A DNA stretch of 60,991 bases from Malacoraja senta (lineage: Eukaryota). The DNA is taken from contig JAXLNO010000338.1 of the NCBI GenBank assembly GCA_038087875.1, positions 186,001 through 246,991 on the forward strand. The letters run 5' to 3'. Of this stretch, positions 12,823-25,631 are shown piece by piece; positions within the stretch are counted from its first letter, which is position 1; every line of letters starts with the position of its first letter. The translations under genes and the position numbers were made by a program. The notes beneath the pieces were generated by a model, which ran no database searches, was not told where the DNA came from, and was given only the letters and a program-made list of their open reading frames with translations.

Positions 12823-14520
12823 CAATAGACAATAGACAATAGGTGCAGGAGTAGGCCATTCGGCCCTTCGAGCCAGCACCGCCATTCAATGTGATCATGG
12901 CTGATCATCCCCAATCAGTACCCCGTTCCTGCCTTCTCCCCATATCCCCTGACTCCGCTATTTTTAAGAGCCCTTTCTAGCTCTCTCTTTAAAGCATCCA
13001 GAGAACCTGCCTCAACCGACCTCTGAGGCAGAGAATTCCACAGATTCACCACTCTCTGTGAGAAAAAGTGTTTCCTCATCTCCAACTGTGCCCCCTGGTT
13101 CTGGACCCCCAACATTGGGAACATGTTTCCTACCTCTAGCGTGTCCAAACCCATAACAATCGTATATGTTTCACTGAGATTCCCTCTCATCCTTCTAAAC
13201 CCCAGAGTGTACAAGCCCAGCTGCTCCATTCTCCCAGCATATGACAGTCCCGCCATCCCGGGAATTAACCTTGTAAACCTACGCTGCACTCCCTCAATAG
13301 CAAGAATGTCCTTCATCAAATTAGGGGACCTAAACTGCACACAATACTCCAGGTGTGGTCTCACTAGTGCTCTGTACAACTGCAGAAGTACCTCTTTGCT
13401 CCTATATTCGATTCCTCTTGTTATAAAGGCCAACATGCCATTCATTTTCTTCACTGCCTGCTGTACCTGCATGCTTACTTTCATAGACTGATGAACAAGG
13501 ACCCCCAGATCCCGTTGTACTTCCCCTTTTCCCAACTTGACGCCATTTAGATAGTAATCTGCCTTCCTGGTTTTGCTACCAAAGTGGATAACCACATTTA
13601 TCCGCATTAAACTTCATCTGCCATGCATCTGCTCACTCCCCCAACCTGTCCAAGTCACCCTGCATTCTCATAGCATCCTCCTCAAAGTTCACAATGCCAC
13701 CCAGCTTTGTGTCATCTGAAAATTTGCTAATGTTACTTTGAATCCCTTCATCAAAATCATTGATGTATATTGTAAATATCTGCGGTCCCAGCTCCGAGCC
13801 TTGCGGTACCCAACTAGTTACTGCCTGCCATTCTGAAAGGGACCCGTTAATCCCTACTCTTTGTTTCCGGTCTGACAACCACTCTACCCTCAATACCATG
13901 TGCCCTAATTTTGCCCACTAATCTCCTATGTGGGACCTCATCAAATGCTTTCTGAAAGTCCAGGTACACTACATCCACTGGCTCTCCCTTGCCCATTTTT
14001 CTAGTTACATCTTGAAAAAACTCCAGAAGATTAGTCAAGCATGATTTCCCCTTCATAAATCCATGCTGACTCGGACCGATCCTGTTACTGCTATCCAAAT
14101 GTGCGGCTATTTCACCTTTTATAATTGACTCCAGCATCTTCCCCACCACTGATGTCAGGCGAGCTGGTCTATAATTCCCTGTTTTCTCTCTCCCGCCTTT
14201 CTTGAAAAGTGGGATGACATTAGCTATCCTCCAATCCACAGGAACTGATCCTGAATCTATTGAACATTGGAAAATGATCACCAATATCTTAACTTATTCT
14301 AAAGAAACTTTTACTGTACTTCCTTATAATCCTGGCCAGCTTCCCCTCGTACTTCATCTTTTCAGCTCGTATTGCCCGTTTTGTTTCCTTCTGTTGTCCT
14401 ATGAAAGTTTTCCAATCCCCTGGCTTTCGGCTACTCTTTGCTGTGTTGTACACCTTTTCTTTTAGTTTTATTCTATCCCTAACTTCACTTGTCAGCCACG
14501 GTTGCCTCCCACTCCCCTTA
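12823..14520 (-). mobile_element. CR1 LINE ORF2 remnant with deletions
   Basis: ORFs 13847-14284, 13633-13899 and 12915-13607 are CR1 RT pieces; (CTATTGT)n tail at 12823-12842. Confidence 0.92.
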
Positions 14521-14533
14521 GTTGAGAAAAAAT

Positions 14534-14581
14534 CAGGAAGTAAAACAGCCCAGAGCTCAAAATATACGAATCATTGTGGTT
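14534..14581 (+). promoter_or_regulatory. Candidate ETS (CAGGAAGT) plus RUNX (TGTGGTT) motifs upstream of the leader exon
   Basis: Motifs at 14534-14541 and 14575-14581, 140-190 bp upstream of ATG 14720. Short motifs that may occur by chance. Confidence 0.25.
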
Positions 14582-14719
14582 GAATTGCATAACTACCCTA
14601 ACTACTTGTGCTGCAACCTTCCGTGAGCTATCAACGTGGACTCCAAATGCACTGAAGATATGTGTCTGAAACTGGCTCAGTCTAAAAGTCTATGTTATTT
14701 CCCACAGGGAATCCACAAA

Positions 14720-14807
14720 ATGAGACCCAGGTTTTTCTGCAGCAGTTTGCCAGCTGGTTTGATGTTCGGTGTCTTTGTTTTCCTGCTTCGACCTGTTTCC
14801 ACACAGA
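14720..14807 (+). CDS. CD4/LAG-3-like IgSF receptor: signal-peptide exon
   Basis: MRPRFFCSSLPAGLMFGVFVFLLRPVSTQ followed by a phase-1 donor A|GTAAGT. An upstream acceptor (ttatttcccacag, ending 14707) suggests a non-coding 5' exon. Confidence 0.75.
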
Positions 14808-14984
14808 GTAAGTGCTTTCTCTTCACCGGTCACAATCACGTTGCTTTACTTTATCATTGTCCGTGTAAACCCACACCCCATTGTCAATCTCGTTTTCCTC
14901 TCCACGTCCCACAAATCCACCCTATCCTTGCTGGTGCTCCATTTGTGACAGGGACATGACTAGCAGCTCAATGTTCCATGTTTC

Positions 14985-17310
14985 TATGGGGAAAAGAGGA
15001 ACAGATGTGGACACAGATTACTGAAAGATTACACAAGTGGATGTCTTGGGGGTGACTAATGGTATATTCAATAGGATGTTTTGTAACAGTTGTGAATAGT
15101 GCAACGAGAGAAAGGAATCCAAAATGGACCTTGTGTTGGGAAATGAGTCTGGCCAAGTGACTGGTGTTTTAGTGAAAGAGTATTTTGGAGACAGTGAATA
15201 TAACTCCATAAGTTTTAAGATTAGTTTGAATAGGGATAAGTCTGGACTGTGCGACAAGACATTAACTTGAGTCAGGCAAATGACACCTTTATTAGGCAGG
15301 AGCTTGATAAGGTACACTCAGAGCAGTTGTTATTAAGTGACTCCAAGTCAGAGATTGAGAATTGTCTGAAGGTCAGTTGATCCAAACTCAAGACGGGCAA
15401 GTTCCAGTAAGGAGGAGAGATAAGACTGGCAAAGTAAGGGTACCTGAGATGACCAAATAAATGTGTAAATTTGGTCAAAAATAGAAAGGAAACACATGCA
15501 AGGTTCAAGAATATGATAGCAGAGAGGGCCATTGAGGAATATAAAGCAAGGAGGAAAGAACTCAAGCGGGCGATTAGAAGGGAGAAAATAGGCCACAAAA
15601 TGGCTGTGGCGATTTGGAGTAAAGAAAGTTCCAAGGCTTCTTATACTTACGTTAAAATCAAGACGGTAGACAAGGAGAAGGTAAACAAGGATAAATGAAG
15701 GAAACTGAAACTGGAGTTAGGGGATGTAGGTGAGGTGTCAGATAACTCCAGGGGTGAGAGGAGCAAGGGAAAAGGAAAAAAATGCAATAAAATAAAATAC
15801 GTCAGTAAAAAGGTGGGGTGGATTGTTTGGGGATTTGTTGCCTGAAAGTCAAGAATTCAATGTTCATACCATTAAGTTGTCAGATTCCCAAGAGAAATAT
15901 GAAGTGAGATTTCTTCAGTTTGCATGTGACCTCACTGGCAATGGAGGAGGCCAAGGACAGAAAGATCAGTTTGGGAATGGGAGTTTAAATGGTTTATTTG
16001 TTTAGAGAGACAATTCAGCGAATTAAAGAACTGCGAGTCACATGACAACGGTAGGAAACAATTGGAAAGGATTCTTTGGGATAGAATTGACTCCCATTTG
16101 GAACAAAATAGATGAGGGGTTTAAAGACAGTAGGCATGACTTTTACATGGCATTGTCTACAGTGATTTTAGTAAGGCACTTGGTAAAGTCCCCCATGATA
16201 GACTGATGCTGAAGATTAATAAGCATGGGATTAACATTGAATTGTTTGTCAGGATTCAGAATGGGCAGACTAGAAAACAGAGGAAAAGGTAATATTCAGG
16301 CAGGAAATCTGTGACCAGTGGAGTTCTATATGGATCTCTGCCAGGACCACTGTCGGTCATGATTTATACAATGAATTTAAATGTAGATGGGTTGGTTAGT
16401 ACATTTGCAGATGAGAACAAGATTGCTGCACTGTGAACAACGCTGTCAAAGTATCAAAGTATGTTGTAAAGTAATGAATGGGATATAGACCAGCTACAGA
16501 AATGGGTGGACAAATGACAGATCAAGTCTAATCCAAGCATCTGTGAGGTGTTGCACTTTGGGAGGTTGAATATAAGGGGAAGATATACAATTAACGGCAA
16601 GGCCCTTAACAGCATTGATGTACAGAGGGACGTTGGGATCCAAGTCCCGAACTCTCTGAAAATGGTAATACAGGTAGAGTGACAAAGAAGGCAGATGGCA
16701 TGCCTTTGGTTGGATCATTGGGTATAAGAGTCAGGAAGTCAGGATGTGATGCAGCTTTGTAGGACTTTGGTTAGGCCGGATTTCAAACATTACATCCAGT
16801 TCTGGATGCCCAAAAAAGATACAGAGACTTTGGAGACAGGGCTGAGAAGGTTTACACGAATTATGCCTGTGTTACTGGATATTAGCTACAGGGAGAGGTT
16901 GAATAAACTTGGATTGTTTTCTCTGGAATGTTTGACATTGAAGTGAGGCTTGATAGAATTCTACCAAATTATGAGCGGCAAGGTCAATGTAGACAGTCAG
17001 AATCTTTTCCCCAGGATGGAAATATCAAATACAAGAGGGCATGGGGGGCTTTTAGGTGAGAGGCAAAGTGTGAAAGAGATGCGAAGGATATGTATTTTAC
17101 AGTGGTGAGTGGCTGGAACATGCTGCTGGTGGTGATGGAGGGAGATGTGTGAATGGGATTTAAGAGACTTTTGGATAGGCACATGGACATGCAGGGAATG
17201 GGGAGATATGGATTATGTGTAGGCAGATAAGAGTTGGTCGTGGCATTATGCTTGACATAGACCTTGTGGGCCGAGGGACTTGTTCCTGTGCTGAACTGTT
17301 CTATGTTGTA
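14985..17310 (+). mobile_element. Old, degenerate CR1-type LINE in intron 1
   Basis: Decayed EN/RT remnants (TFADENK, LCRTLVRPDF, RERLNKLGLFSLE) and CR1/HER1-type 3' tail near 17260-17310. Confidence 0.75.
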
Positions 17311-17711
17311 AATCACTGTGGAATGAGGAGCAGGCAGGGAGGCAGGAGCATGTTTATTCTGTTCCAGGTGTGTCCGACAAGGGCCGGGGATGCGGTGTGT
17401 ACAGGATCAGCCTGATCTCTGCCCACATCAGGAAACCCCGTCACTGGGAACACCGCTGGAGACCCGACACAACGGCCCTTGCACCTCCGTCTTTCTCCCA
17501 CTCACTCTTCTCATGTCATGAAGTATCCCTGGATCAGGCCAGGTTATTACAGCCAGCCATCTATTCACAAACTGTGTCCGTCTCACTAGAGGTTCTGTGG
17601 GAGATCAAAACATTCTGGAAATAAATGAAATTCAAAATTAATAATTACAGACATGGAGTGGAGGAAATGTGCTTAAAATGTTAATTCCTACATTTTTCCT
17701 ATTTCCAACAG

Positions 17712-18053
17712 AAATCAGAAATCAGATTTATTTCTTGGATAATGGAGGCGACATTGTGTTAAAAGGACCGGACAATCCTGTAAGTGGCACTGTTGTCTGG
17801 GAATGGCAACCACACTCAGAGCCGGGAAAACATACAGTGGTAACTCTCCGCATCCTGGTCAGGGGCGTGTGGAGCAAACAGTGGGGCAATGGCTGGGGAA
17901 ACGCAGACAAGTACCAGGAGGTGGATGTGGATCTCCGTACTGGTAACCTGGCAATAAATAAAACCACATTAAAATGGTCAGGATTGTTCACTTTGACCGA
18001 AACACGTCCGAGGAACCAGATCCTGAAACAATATGAAATATATGGAATCAAAG
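17712..18053 (+). CDS. IgSF receptor D1 exon (V-like domain without cysteines)
   Basis: Acceptor tttttcctatttccaacag and donor G|GTGAGT, phase 1-1. Encodes GGDIVLKG..VVWEW..GNLAINK...SGLFTL..YEIYGIK, a V-set strand pattern. Confidence 0.8.
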
Positions 18054-19609
18054 GTGAGTGGGGGAGACACGGATCAACAATATGTTTCTCTGTAAATAAT
18101 GTCATGTGTATTGATGAAATATGGCGGGAATTGTGAGACTTCTTCCACCCGATGAATCTCCCAATGAAACAATTGGGGGAAAGATTTTACTTCATTGATT
18201 CTGTGGGCCTGAGGTGAGATTGTCGAGTGACACTGCTGCTCAATGTTACCCAGTGAACCAGGTCCATGCCTCACTTGGTTGAGATCCCAGAGGAAGTCGT
18301 TCATCTGTGGAACTTACACTGGTGGGAGAGTTCCCACCTTGAGGGCCGTTGGGGGAGACATGACAGGGACAAATTGACAAACGTATCAATCCAGTTTCAT
18401 CTAAACGTTGTTTGCATTCACTGTTCAGAGTGTTGCCGGTTGCACCAGCAGTGTCACGGTGAACAGCCGGCATTTACCTGTGTGAATATGAACAGCTTCA
18501 GGACTTCCACCCATGCGTTTCACAACGAGGAATTCCACAACTTGCTGACAGTTCTTGCGGTGAATCTGCCAGCGCTCCTCTTCACTTCTCCACGTGGAGA
18601 CCAAGACTGGAGCAGGAATATGCTGATATTCCCTGACACTGACACTGGGAAAACTGCTCCCCGATCCGGTGCCTGCAGGGGTGGAGACTCTTCAGGAATC
18701 AAAACTAATCGTTATTGTAGAATTAGACTCTTTCATGATTTAAAAAAATGGAATATTCAATATTAATAAATGTGTTTACTTCTAAAAGTTGGTGCCACTC
18801 AGAACCATTCCAACAGCTTGAGAGCTTTAGCAGAGGATGAACAAGGCCTTTTCCTCCTGTAGATAATTCTCCACAGGTGGAAAGGGATTGGGATTTGTTC
18901 ATTGCTCTAACGTTTGCCGAGATACAGTGAATGAGGTTGGATCCAACTACTTTGATCTTCATGTTTTCCCCAGCGAAATCTCCATTACAGAATATTCTAG
19001 GCTGCAGGAGTACGTGCTGAGGGACACACTGAAGATCAGTGCAGACAAAGCAAAGGCATTGTGGAATAGAACTACAGTCCATGGACCTTCTGCCACCAGT
19101 CCCCGCCGAGCTAAATCTAATGTACAAACCTCTGAAACACTTGAATTGGTATAATCTCAGGAGGCAGCATGACTGTCAAGAGTGTTATGTACACAAAATG
19201 TGTAAACACTGCCAAAGTGAGGAACAATAACACTATGTCTGTGTAGTCTGGACAATATCAAATTCAGACTTAGATTCATATTAGTTCATTGTCATATACA
19301 TTTGGGTAAAACACATTCATTGTTCAGATAAAGTAAATTATAATAAAAGGTACATTAAAAATGCAACAAAAGCAAAACAGCAGAATGGTGCAGAGATTGC
19401 AGTGCAGTCTGAAGTAATGCAACATAAAACTAACGTTTATGAAAATGCCCCAGGGGATGATGAGTGTTTGTGGCTCTGGGCTTGGACTAGCTGGAGTTTA
19501 GAAGAATGAGGGGCGGGTCTAGGTTTTCAGTTGAGGTGAGATTGATCCCAGTCATTGGACTTGTACAAACCACTACTCACTCTGAATCTCATTGATCTGA
19601 TTTTCACAG

Positions 19610-19876
19610 TTGAGGCAAGTCCACAGAGGCCTCTGCTGGGCAGTGACGTCACACTCAGCTGCACCATCTCCAGACTCTCAGATACAGTCAGTCTTCACTG
19701 GAGACCCATGGACTCATCCCAGCAGAACAGGAACAACACTGATCAGATCCGCCTGGATAACACGGTCTATCTGATGGTTCAACACGTCACAGTGGAGGAT
19801 GGGAAGTATGTGTGTGATGTGTGGGAAAATGGAAACACTGTTCACACAAGTAATGGAGATTTTACTGTAAACAAGT
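19610..19876 (+). CDS. IgSF receptor D2 exon (C2-like)
   Basis: Acceptor ttttcacag and donor T|GTAAGT, phase 1-1. Encodes GSDVTLSC..SLHW..EDGKYVC. Confidence 0.9.
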
Positions 19877-20925
19877 GTAAGTGTAAACACCTCCCATTGG
19901 ATATCAAGTAGACACGTATCACGGTGCTTCTTGTAATATTATGTGTGCGCCCTGTGAAGAACTGTGGCAGTGACCAACTGCTCTCCAGTATAAAATGCTG
20001 CAATGATCAGGGAGGAGTTTACAGAAAGTCTCTCTGTGGAGCAGCTGCCTGCTTGTCTCTGTGTGACAGACACACAGCACAGGAGGGGGATGTATTTCTG
20101 TAACCATTCTTCAGTAAATTATTTTGTCAGTTTATGTTGCCATCAATGCTCCAGTATCTGAGACTAAGATACTGATACAGGACTCACGTCAAAGTGTCAG
20201 ATAGAAAGTGTAGTCACCATGACAACCACCAGCACTTGCTGCTCACACTTACACTGGGGGTCCCGGCCCACACATCAGCACTGAACAACAATCCATCCCC
20301 TCTCCCCTCACTGACCCTTCTCTCCGAGTCTGGTGTTGCTTGAAGTGATTCCAGCTGCTGCAGACTCGGGCTTCGGATCAGCATTCAGCTGGGAGCAGGA
20401 CCCGGGAACAGGGAAGGACAGGGAATCAATGGGTGTGAATGGGAGAGGGATGGTGGGAATAATGGGAATGAAGGGACGGGAAGACCCGACCCACTTGAAG
20501 TGCCAACCTGTCTGGGTCAGTCCCCGCGCAGGCATCCTCTGGGCTGCTTCTGTCCGCAGCCTGAACCTGCACCACCTCCTGCAGACAGACTGACAGAGGC
20601 ATTCACCTCCCAGACCTCTCTCGGGAGTCTCCGGGAGGTTTCATTCCATCCCGGGAGATTCCCAGAGAGTCCGGGTGTGGGGGCGAACCTAATGTTGAAA
20701 TGTAGAGTGGAATATCCAAACTTCACTGCAATTTACTGCCGTACAGCACATTGTATTTTATAAAGATATGATGAGTTTAGTGCGGCATTCATGAAAGATG
20801 TTACATTTGAAACTTGATCAGCTGAACAAAACACCTCGAATGTTTATAAGAATACGGTTGAGAATCTCTGTATGGCACGGTAACTGTAATACTGAAAGGA
20901 GTTATCCTCTGTCTCTCTGATACAG

Positions 20926-21264
20926 ATTTATATAGGAAGATATACACACTTTACCGCTCCAGCACAGATCACAGTGAACTTCACCTGGTTTGTTCTGGTT
21001 ATGGTCGTAGCTATTCCCGTGCTCAGTGGACCTGGACACCTCATCGCCTTCAACAGCTGAAAGTAATAGCATCTGCAAACCGTTCTCAGCCCACCAATGT
21101 CAATGGGACCGACTTCGGGAATCGAGTGGTGACCTCAGGGAAACCCTTCGATGGCAAGGATTTCAGTGTGAGGATTGTCCCCGTTTTGTTTCACGATGCC
21201 GGAGTTTACACATGTTTTCTGGATTTAAATATATTTCCCACCATTGATCTAATCACAGTGAAAG
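20926..21264 (+). CDS. IgSF receptor D3 exon (V-set)
   Basis: Acceptor ctctgtctctctgatacag and donor G|GTATGA, open phase 1-1. Encodes ELHLVC..AQWTW..DFSVRIVPV..DAGVYTC..IDLITVK. Confidence 0.92.
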
Positions 21265-21342
21265 GTATGAGACAGAATGTTGCCACTGGGTTTACTGATG
21301 AACTTATTGTTTAAAATGTAAACAACCTGCTTGTTTCCACAG

Positions 21343-21603
21343 TCACAGCTGAACCGTCTGATGCAGTGACTGAGGGAGACACCGTTACCCTGACATGCTC
21401 TGTGTCTCACGTCACTGAGTCAATGAGACTGGTTTGGATCAATGGCGATGGCAAAAGTGTTGGAGAAAAGACACTGACTGTGGAAGAGAAATCACAGAGT
21501 CTGGTTATTCAGAAAGCTGAGAGAGGCAGAGGGAACTGGAGATGTGGTTTGTTTCATCAAGACCTGCCCCGACTTTTTGTCCCGTACTTACATGAGCCCC
21601 GTG
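21343..21603 (+). CDS. IgSF receptor D4 exon (C2-like, WxC motif)
   Basis: Follows a 78-bp intron; donor G|GTAAGT. Encodes EGDTVTLTC..RLVW..GNWRC. Confidence 0.92.
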
Positions 21604-22004
21604 GTAAGTGATAAGGGTTTGTTCTTCATACTTAGAGTCATGATTGAGTTTTGATGTCGCTTATTGATCCTGAAATTTGAGTGGAATATTTTCTTCCAGT
21701 TTGAGTGGTCTAACTCTGTTATGAATACCGAATTCTCAAATTTCAAATAACACTTCCCGAACCCCACTTCTCCCCCCCCCTTCATTGTGCTCGCATTTAT
21801 CCCACCACCCAGTTATCCTATTCACTTCCCTTCCTCTTTCAACTCATTTCCCACCCCTTCCAATTGCAGTTTTCCTTTTATGTTCTTGCTCCACTTCCAC
21901 CAATATCCCTCCCTCTGTTACTGATCTGACTGTAGATCAGTCAGTATTAGTTGACCTGTTCTATGTCATGTTTTACTGCATGCCACTGTGTACTCAAACA
22001 GTCA

Positions 22005-22997
22005 TCTGGTTGAACCAGGACTTATATAAAGGACTTCAAGATTATGTAAAAGGAAACACTATAGAAACGAAACAGAAATGGGAATTGGAAATGAATATTA
22101 TTATTACTGATGAAATGTGGGAAAAGACCTGTCATTTGGGTCATAAGTTAACAAACAGCACCACCTGGAGGGAGTTTGAATGGAAAACTAGAATGAGAGT
22201 ATTTAAGACTCCTCTTATGTTAGCAAGATACAGCAACACCTCAGATTTATGCTGGAGACAATGCGGGTAGATTGGTGATCGTACCCATATTTTTGGGCAT
22301 TGTCCCAAATTGTATCAATATTGGAGAGACATTCAGGCGGAGATCAAGCTAATCTTGGGGGTGGATCTACCTCTGGAGCCGGCATGCTTCATACTAGGAG
22401 AGACTCCAGAAAATATAGATACCACAAATCAGACATACTTGCTTGGGATGTTGCTGTTGATTGCAAAGAAGATGATTCCAGTGTCATGGAGGAATGTAAA
22501 GCCACCAAATGTTCAACAGTGGAGGGAAAGACTGAAAAGTGTATATTTGATGGAAAGTATAACATCTAAACTCCAGTTAAGGACTGATGCTTTCAACATT
22601 ATGTGGACACCGGTATTACTACAACTGCCAAGACTGATTAAGGACACGATTTCTCCATAGCCCCAGTGGAGGGGAGGAGTTCGACTGGTATTGTATACGT
22701 GTATTTGGAACCATATGTACAGACATGATTGTGACTGTGTATAAGTACCTACACAGTGGTGATCAATGACAAAATAAGTTCTTCTAGTGGCATAAAAGCG
22801 TCTGGTATAACATAACGGGTGACTATATATTAAGTAGGATTAAATATGATGAGCTTGCTTGGGTGCCTGTGAATGTGATGCTTCTGCGACAGAACTCTAC
22901 GATGATCTGATGTGATGCTGACAGCTGCTGTGTGATTTGTATATCTTGTTTGTATGTGTACTTTGTCTTGTTAATAAATGTTGAGGGCAAAAAATAA
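22005..22997 (+). mobile_element. L1/Tx1-clade LINE 3' fragment in intron
   Basis: ORF2 C-terminus with zinc knuckle CWRQCG..THIFGHCP and LLIAKK..W; AATAAA and A-rich end. Confidence 0.85.
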
Positions 22998-23813
22998 ACG
23001 TAGGAGCTGGCTCGAGGGGCTGAATGGCCTACTCCTGCACCTATTGTCTATTGTCAAAGATCCTTTCTTTGAATCTGACAACGTTTTATTCATCATAAAA
23101 CATGAACTCACTTCTTTCCCTTTCCACGGATACTGCTCAAACGGCTGAGTGTTTCTAACCTTTACAGTTCTTGTGCTCCTGGTTAGAGAGGAATGAAGCT
23201 GGAGGGCAATATCCACTCTGTTGTCAGCAGTGTTCATTCAACCATTGTTCCAGGCTTAGACTGTGATAGACATTTGTCCACAGTACAGTGGGAAGTATCA
23301 CAGCTGAATCAGCTACTTTATCAACCAACCATCAGCTCCCATCTCCTGCCTAAGAAATGTCAGCTAATTGTAACCAAGAAATAGAAACTTGTGTGAATGT
23401 TTACAGTCTCTAACTGATGGCTACTGAGGCAAGTTGTGGCTCTCTGATCTTTCTGATTAAGATCAATTAATCTGGGGAAAAAATACACAATATGCTGGAG
23501 TAAGTCAACGGGTCAGGCGGAATCTCTGGAGAACATGGATAGGTGAGGTTTTGGGTCTTGACCCTACTTCAGACTAAAGGGCTGCGAACCGAAATGTCAC
23601 CTGCCTAACCTGCTGAGTTTCTCCAACACGTTGTGTCTTTTATTGGTAAACTTTCATCTGCAGTACCTTGTGTCTCAGTGAATCTGGATCACAAGTTAAA
23701 CTCAAGACTTCTGATCTAAATTAGTCCGTGTGGTTAATGCCTGGTCTTTGGGGGAGCTTTTGAATGATGTCCATTTATTCTACAAATGTGAACTGTGTTT
23801 ATTATTTTGACAG

Positions 23814-23921
23814 GGAATCACCCTTTTATAATCAGATTTGTTGTAATTATCGGGAGTCTGGCTGTTCTCATCGTCATTATACTGGCAGTGGTGTTCTGTC
23901 AAAGAAAGCGCAAGCCTACAG
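23814..23921 (+). CDS. IgSF receptor transmembrane exon
   Basis: Acceptor tttattattttgacag and donor G|GTAAAG. Encodes GNHPFIIRFVVIIGSLAVLIVIILAVVF-C-QRKRKPT (hydrophobic helix, juxtamembrane Cys, basic stop-transfer). Confidence 0.9.
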
Positions 23922-24162
23922 GTAAAGTACATGAAGACATCCTTAATGCAGCACAGATTCCCCAAATTATCAATGACAATGTTATCTTTGTTACAAGGAG
24001 AAAAGAACAATATATTTTGGATAAGAAAAGTATCTGTTTGTGCTTATGTTGTTGAGAAATTGATTTCAGACTTTTTGTGGTCAATTAAAGCATTATTTAT
24101 GCAATGTGGATTGTCTACCTGTCTACCTGCGTTGCCATGAGGAGTCTGCTGTATGATTTCAG

Positions 24163-24179
24163 GTGCTGTTCTGCAATGA
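24163..24179 (+). CDS. Candidate terminal exon giving a short tail GAVLQ*
   Basis: Acceptor gatttcag in compatible phase, TGA at 24177-24179, AATAAA at 24229-24234. Would complete a 473-aa protein. Weak pyrimidine tract. Confidence 0.35.
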
Positions 24180-25631
24180 TCTGACCAGGTGGTGATTGTG
24201 TCACCATTCCCTGTGTAAACCATTATCAAATAAACATGCCAGAAGTTGAAGTATAGCTAGTGTAGTCATGTAGAAAATATGGTCTCCAATTTGCCCTCAA
24301 CATGTTCCTATTTACTGAGGGATGAATATTGGCCAGGAAACCAGGAGACCAAGGTATCTTCACTGCACTTTGGTGGTTCACGTTCCAAAATCTATTGTGT
24401 CCCAAGAGGCCAGAAGGGGCCTCAGTTTAACAAATAATCTTTAATCTGGTGAGGCCAATGCTGCAGCAATCCCACATGGCAACAGAGTGTTAGGCTCAAC
24501 TGTGTGTTCAAATTTGGGGTTGTGCCTGAGGGTTTATTCTGTGTTGTTGAACAAACTGATCAGATGGGTATCGGGCTAGTACAACAGTTCATCAAGGTCC
24601 CTGACACATGGAATACTCAGTTCTTAAAGATTCCCTTATATTTATATAAATAACCATTTTTTTCCATTAAAAAAATAAACCATTCCAATAACTGATCATT
24701 AGAAATATAATATTTCACATTGAATGTATTAACTGTATGTACATTTATAAATTCAGTTGCTCCTTTACTTGTCATCTTGACTTGTGAAAACTCTGCAGTG
24801 CAAAGATGCATTTGTCCACTCTCCAGATATTTTCAACTCTGCTAGGTACCTCCACATGTTGGCCTTACCTCATTCATGGTCTCCTGTGCCTTCCCACCCA
24901 TGTTCTGTCCAGCAATGGCTCTATCGTGGAATCCATACCGTAACTCAAATCCATGCTCATCCTGTGCCTCATATTCTCAATCACCATCTTCTTGGGCATC
25001 CTGTCCATGTAACACATGATCTATCCATGTCATTTGATTTCTGTCACTCATTCCCATCATTGCACCACCATTTTATTCACAATATTTTTCCTGAACTGAT
25101 TCCAAATTCTCGGATTATCAAATAGGATTTAAACCTGTGCATCTGGACTATTAATCTCAAAGAGTCTTGGATTAATATCCAGTTAACCTATGACAATCCA
25201 AAAATACATCAAAATAAGCAAACTAAATAATGTACTCATTAACAGGAGTCAGCACAACACATTTGAAAGTAAGTTGGAGAGAAACACATCACCAATTCTG
25301 AATCTGGTAATGCTGGGAAAAATTAATTACATATTGTGTTTATCATATTTGTGGAAAACGGAGTTAATGGAATCTCTATTGTGTTTTGTTAAATGTGTGA
25401 AATTAAATTGTGTGTAAAATCATGAGGGGAATAGATAGGGTGAGTGTACAGAGTCTTTGACCCAGTATAAAGTAATCAAAAACTAGAAGATATAGGTTTA
25501 AGTTGAGAGGAACCTGAGTGGCAGCTTTTTCACTCAGATGATGGTGGTTATATGGAACAAGCTGACAGAGAAGGTCGTTGAGGAAGGAACTATAACTGCA
25601 TTTAAAAGACACTTAGGCAGGTACATGAACC

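Noticed and set aside
14720..23921. Assigning the gene symbol CD4 or LAG3
   Set aside because: No confirmed CxC or LAG-3 tail motif, atypical D1, and no syntenic marker genes in the window.
23922..24055. Read-through cytoplasmic tail with YIL (intron retention)
   Set aside because: A good donor follows the TM exon and the extension is AT-rich intron-like sequence without a proper ITIM or ITAM.
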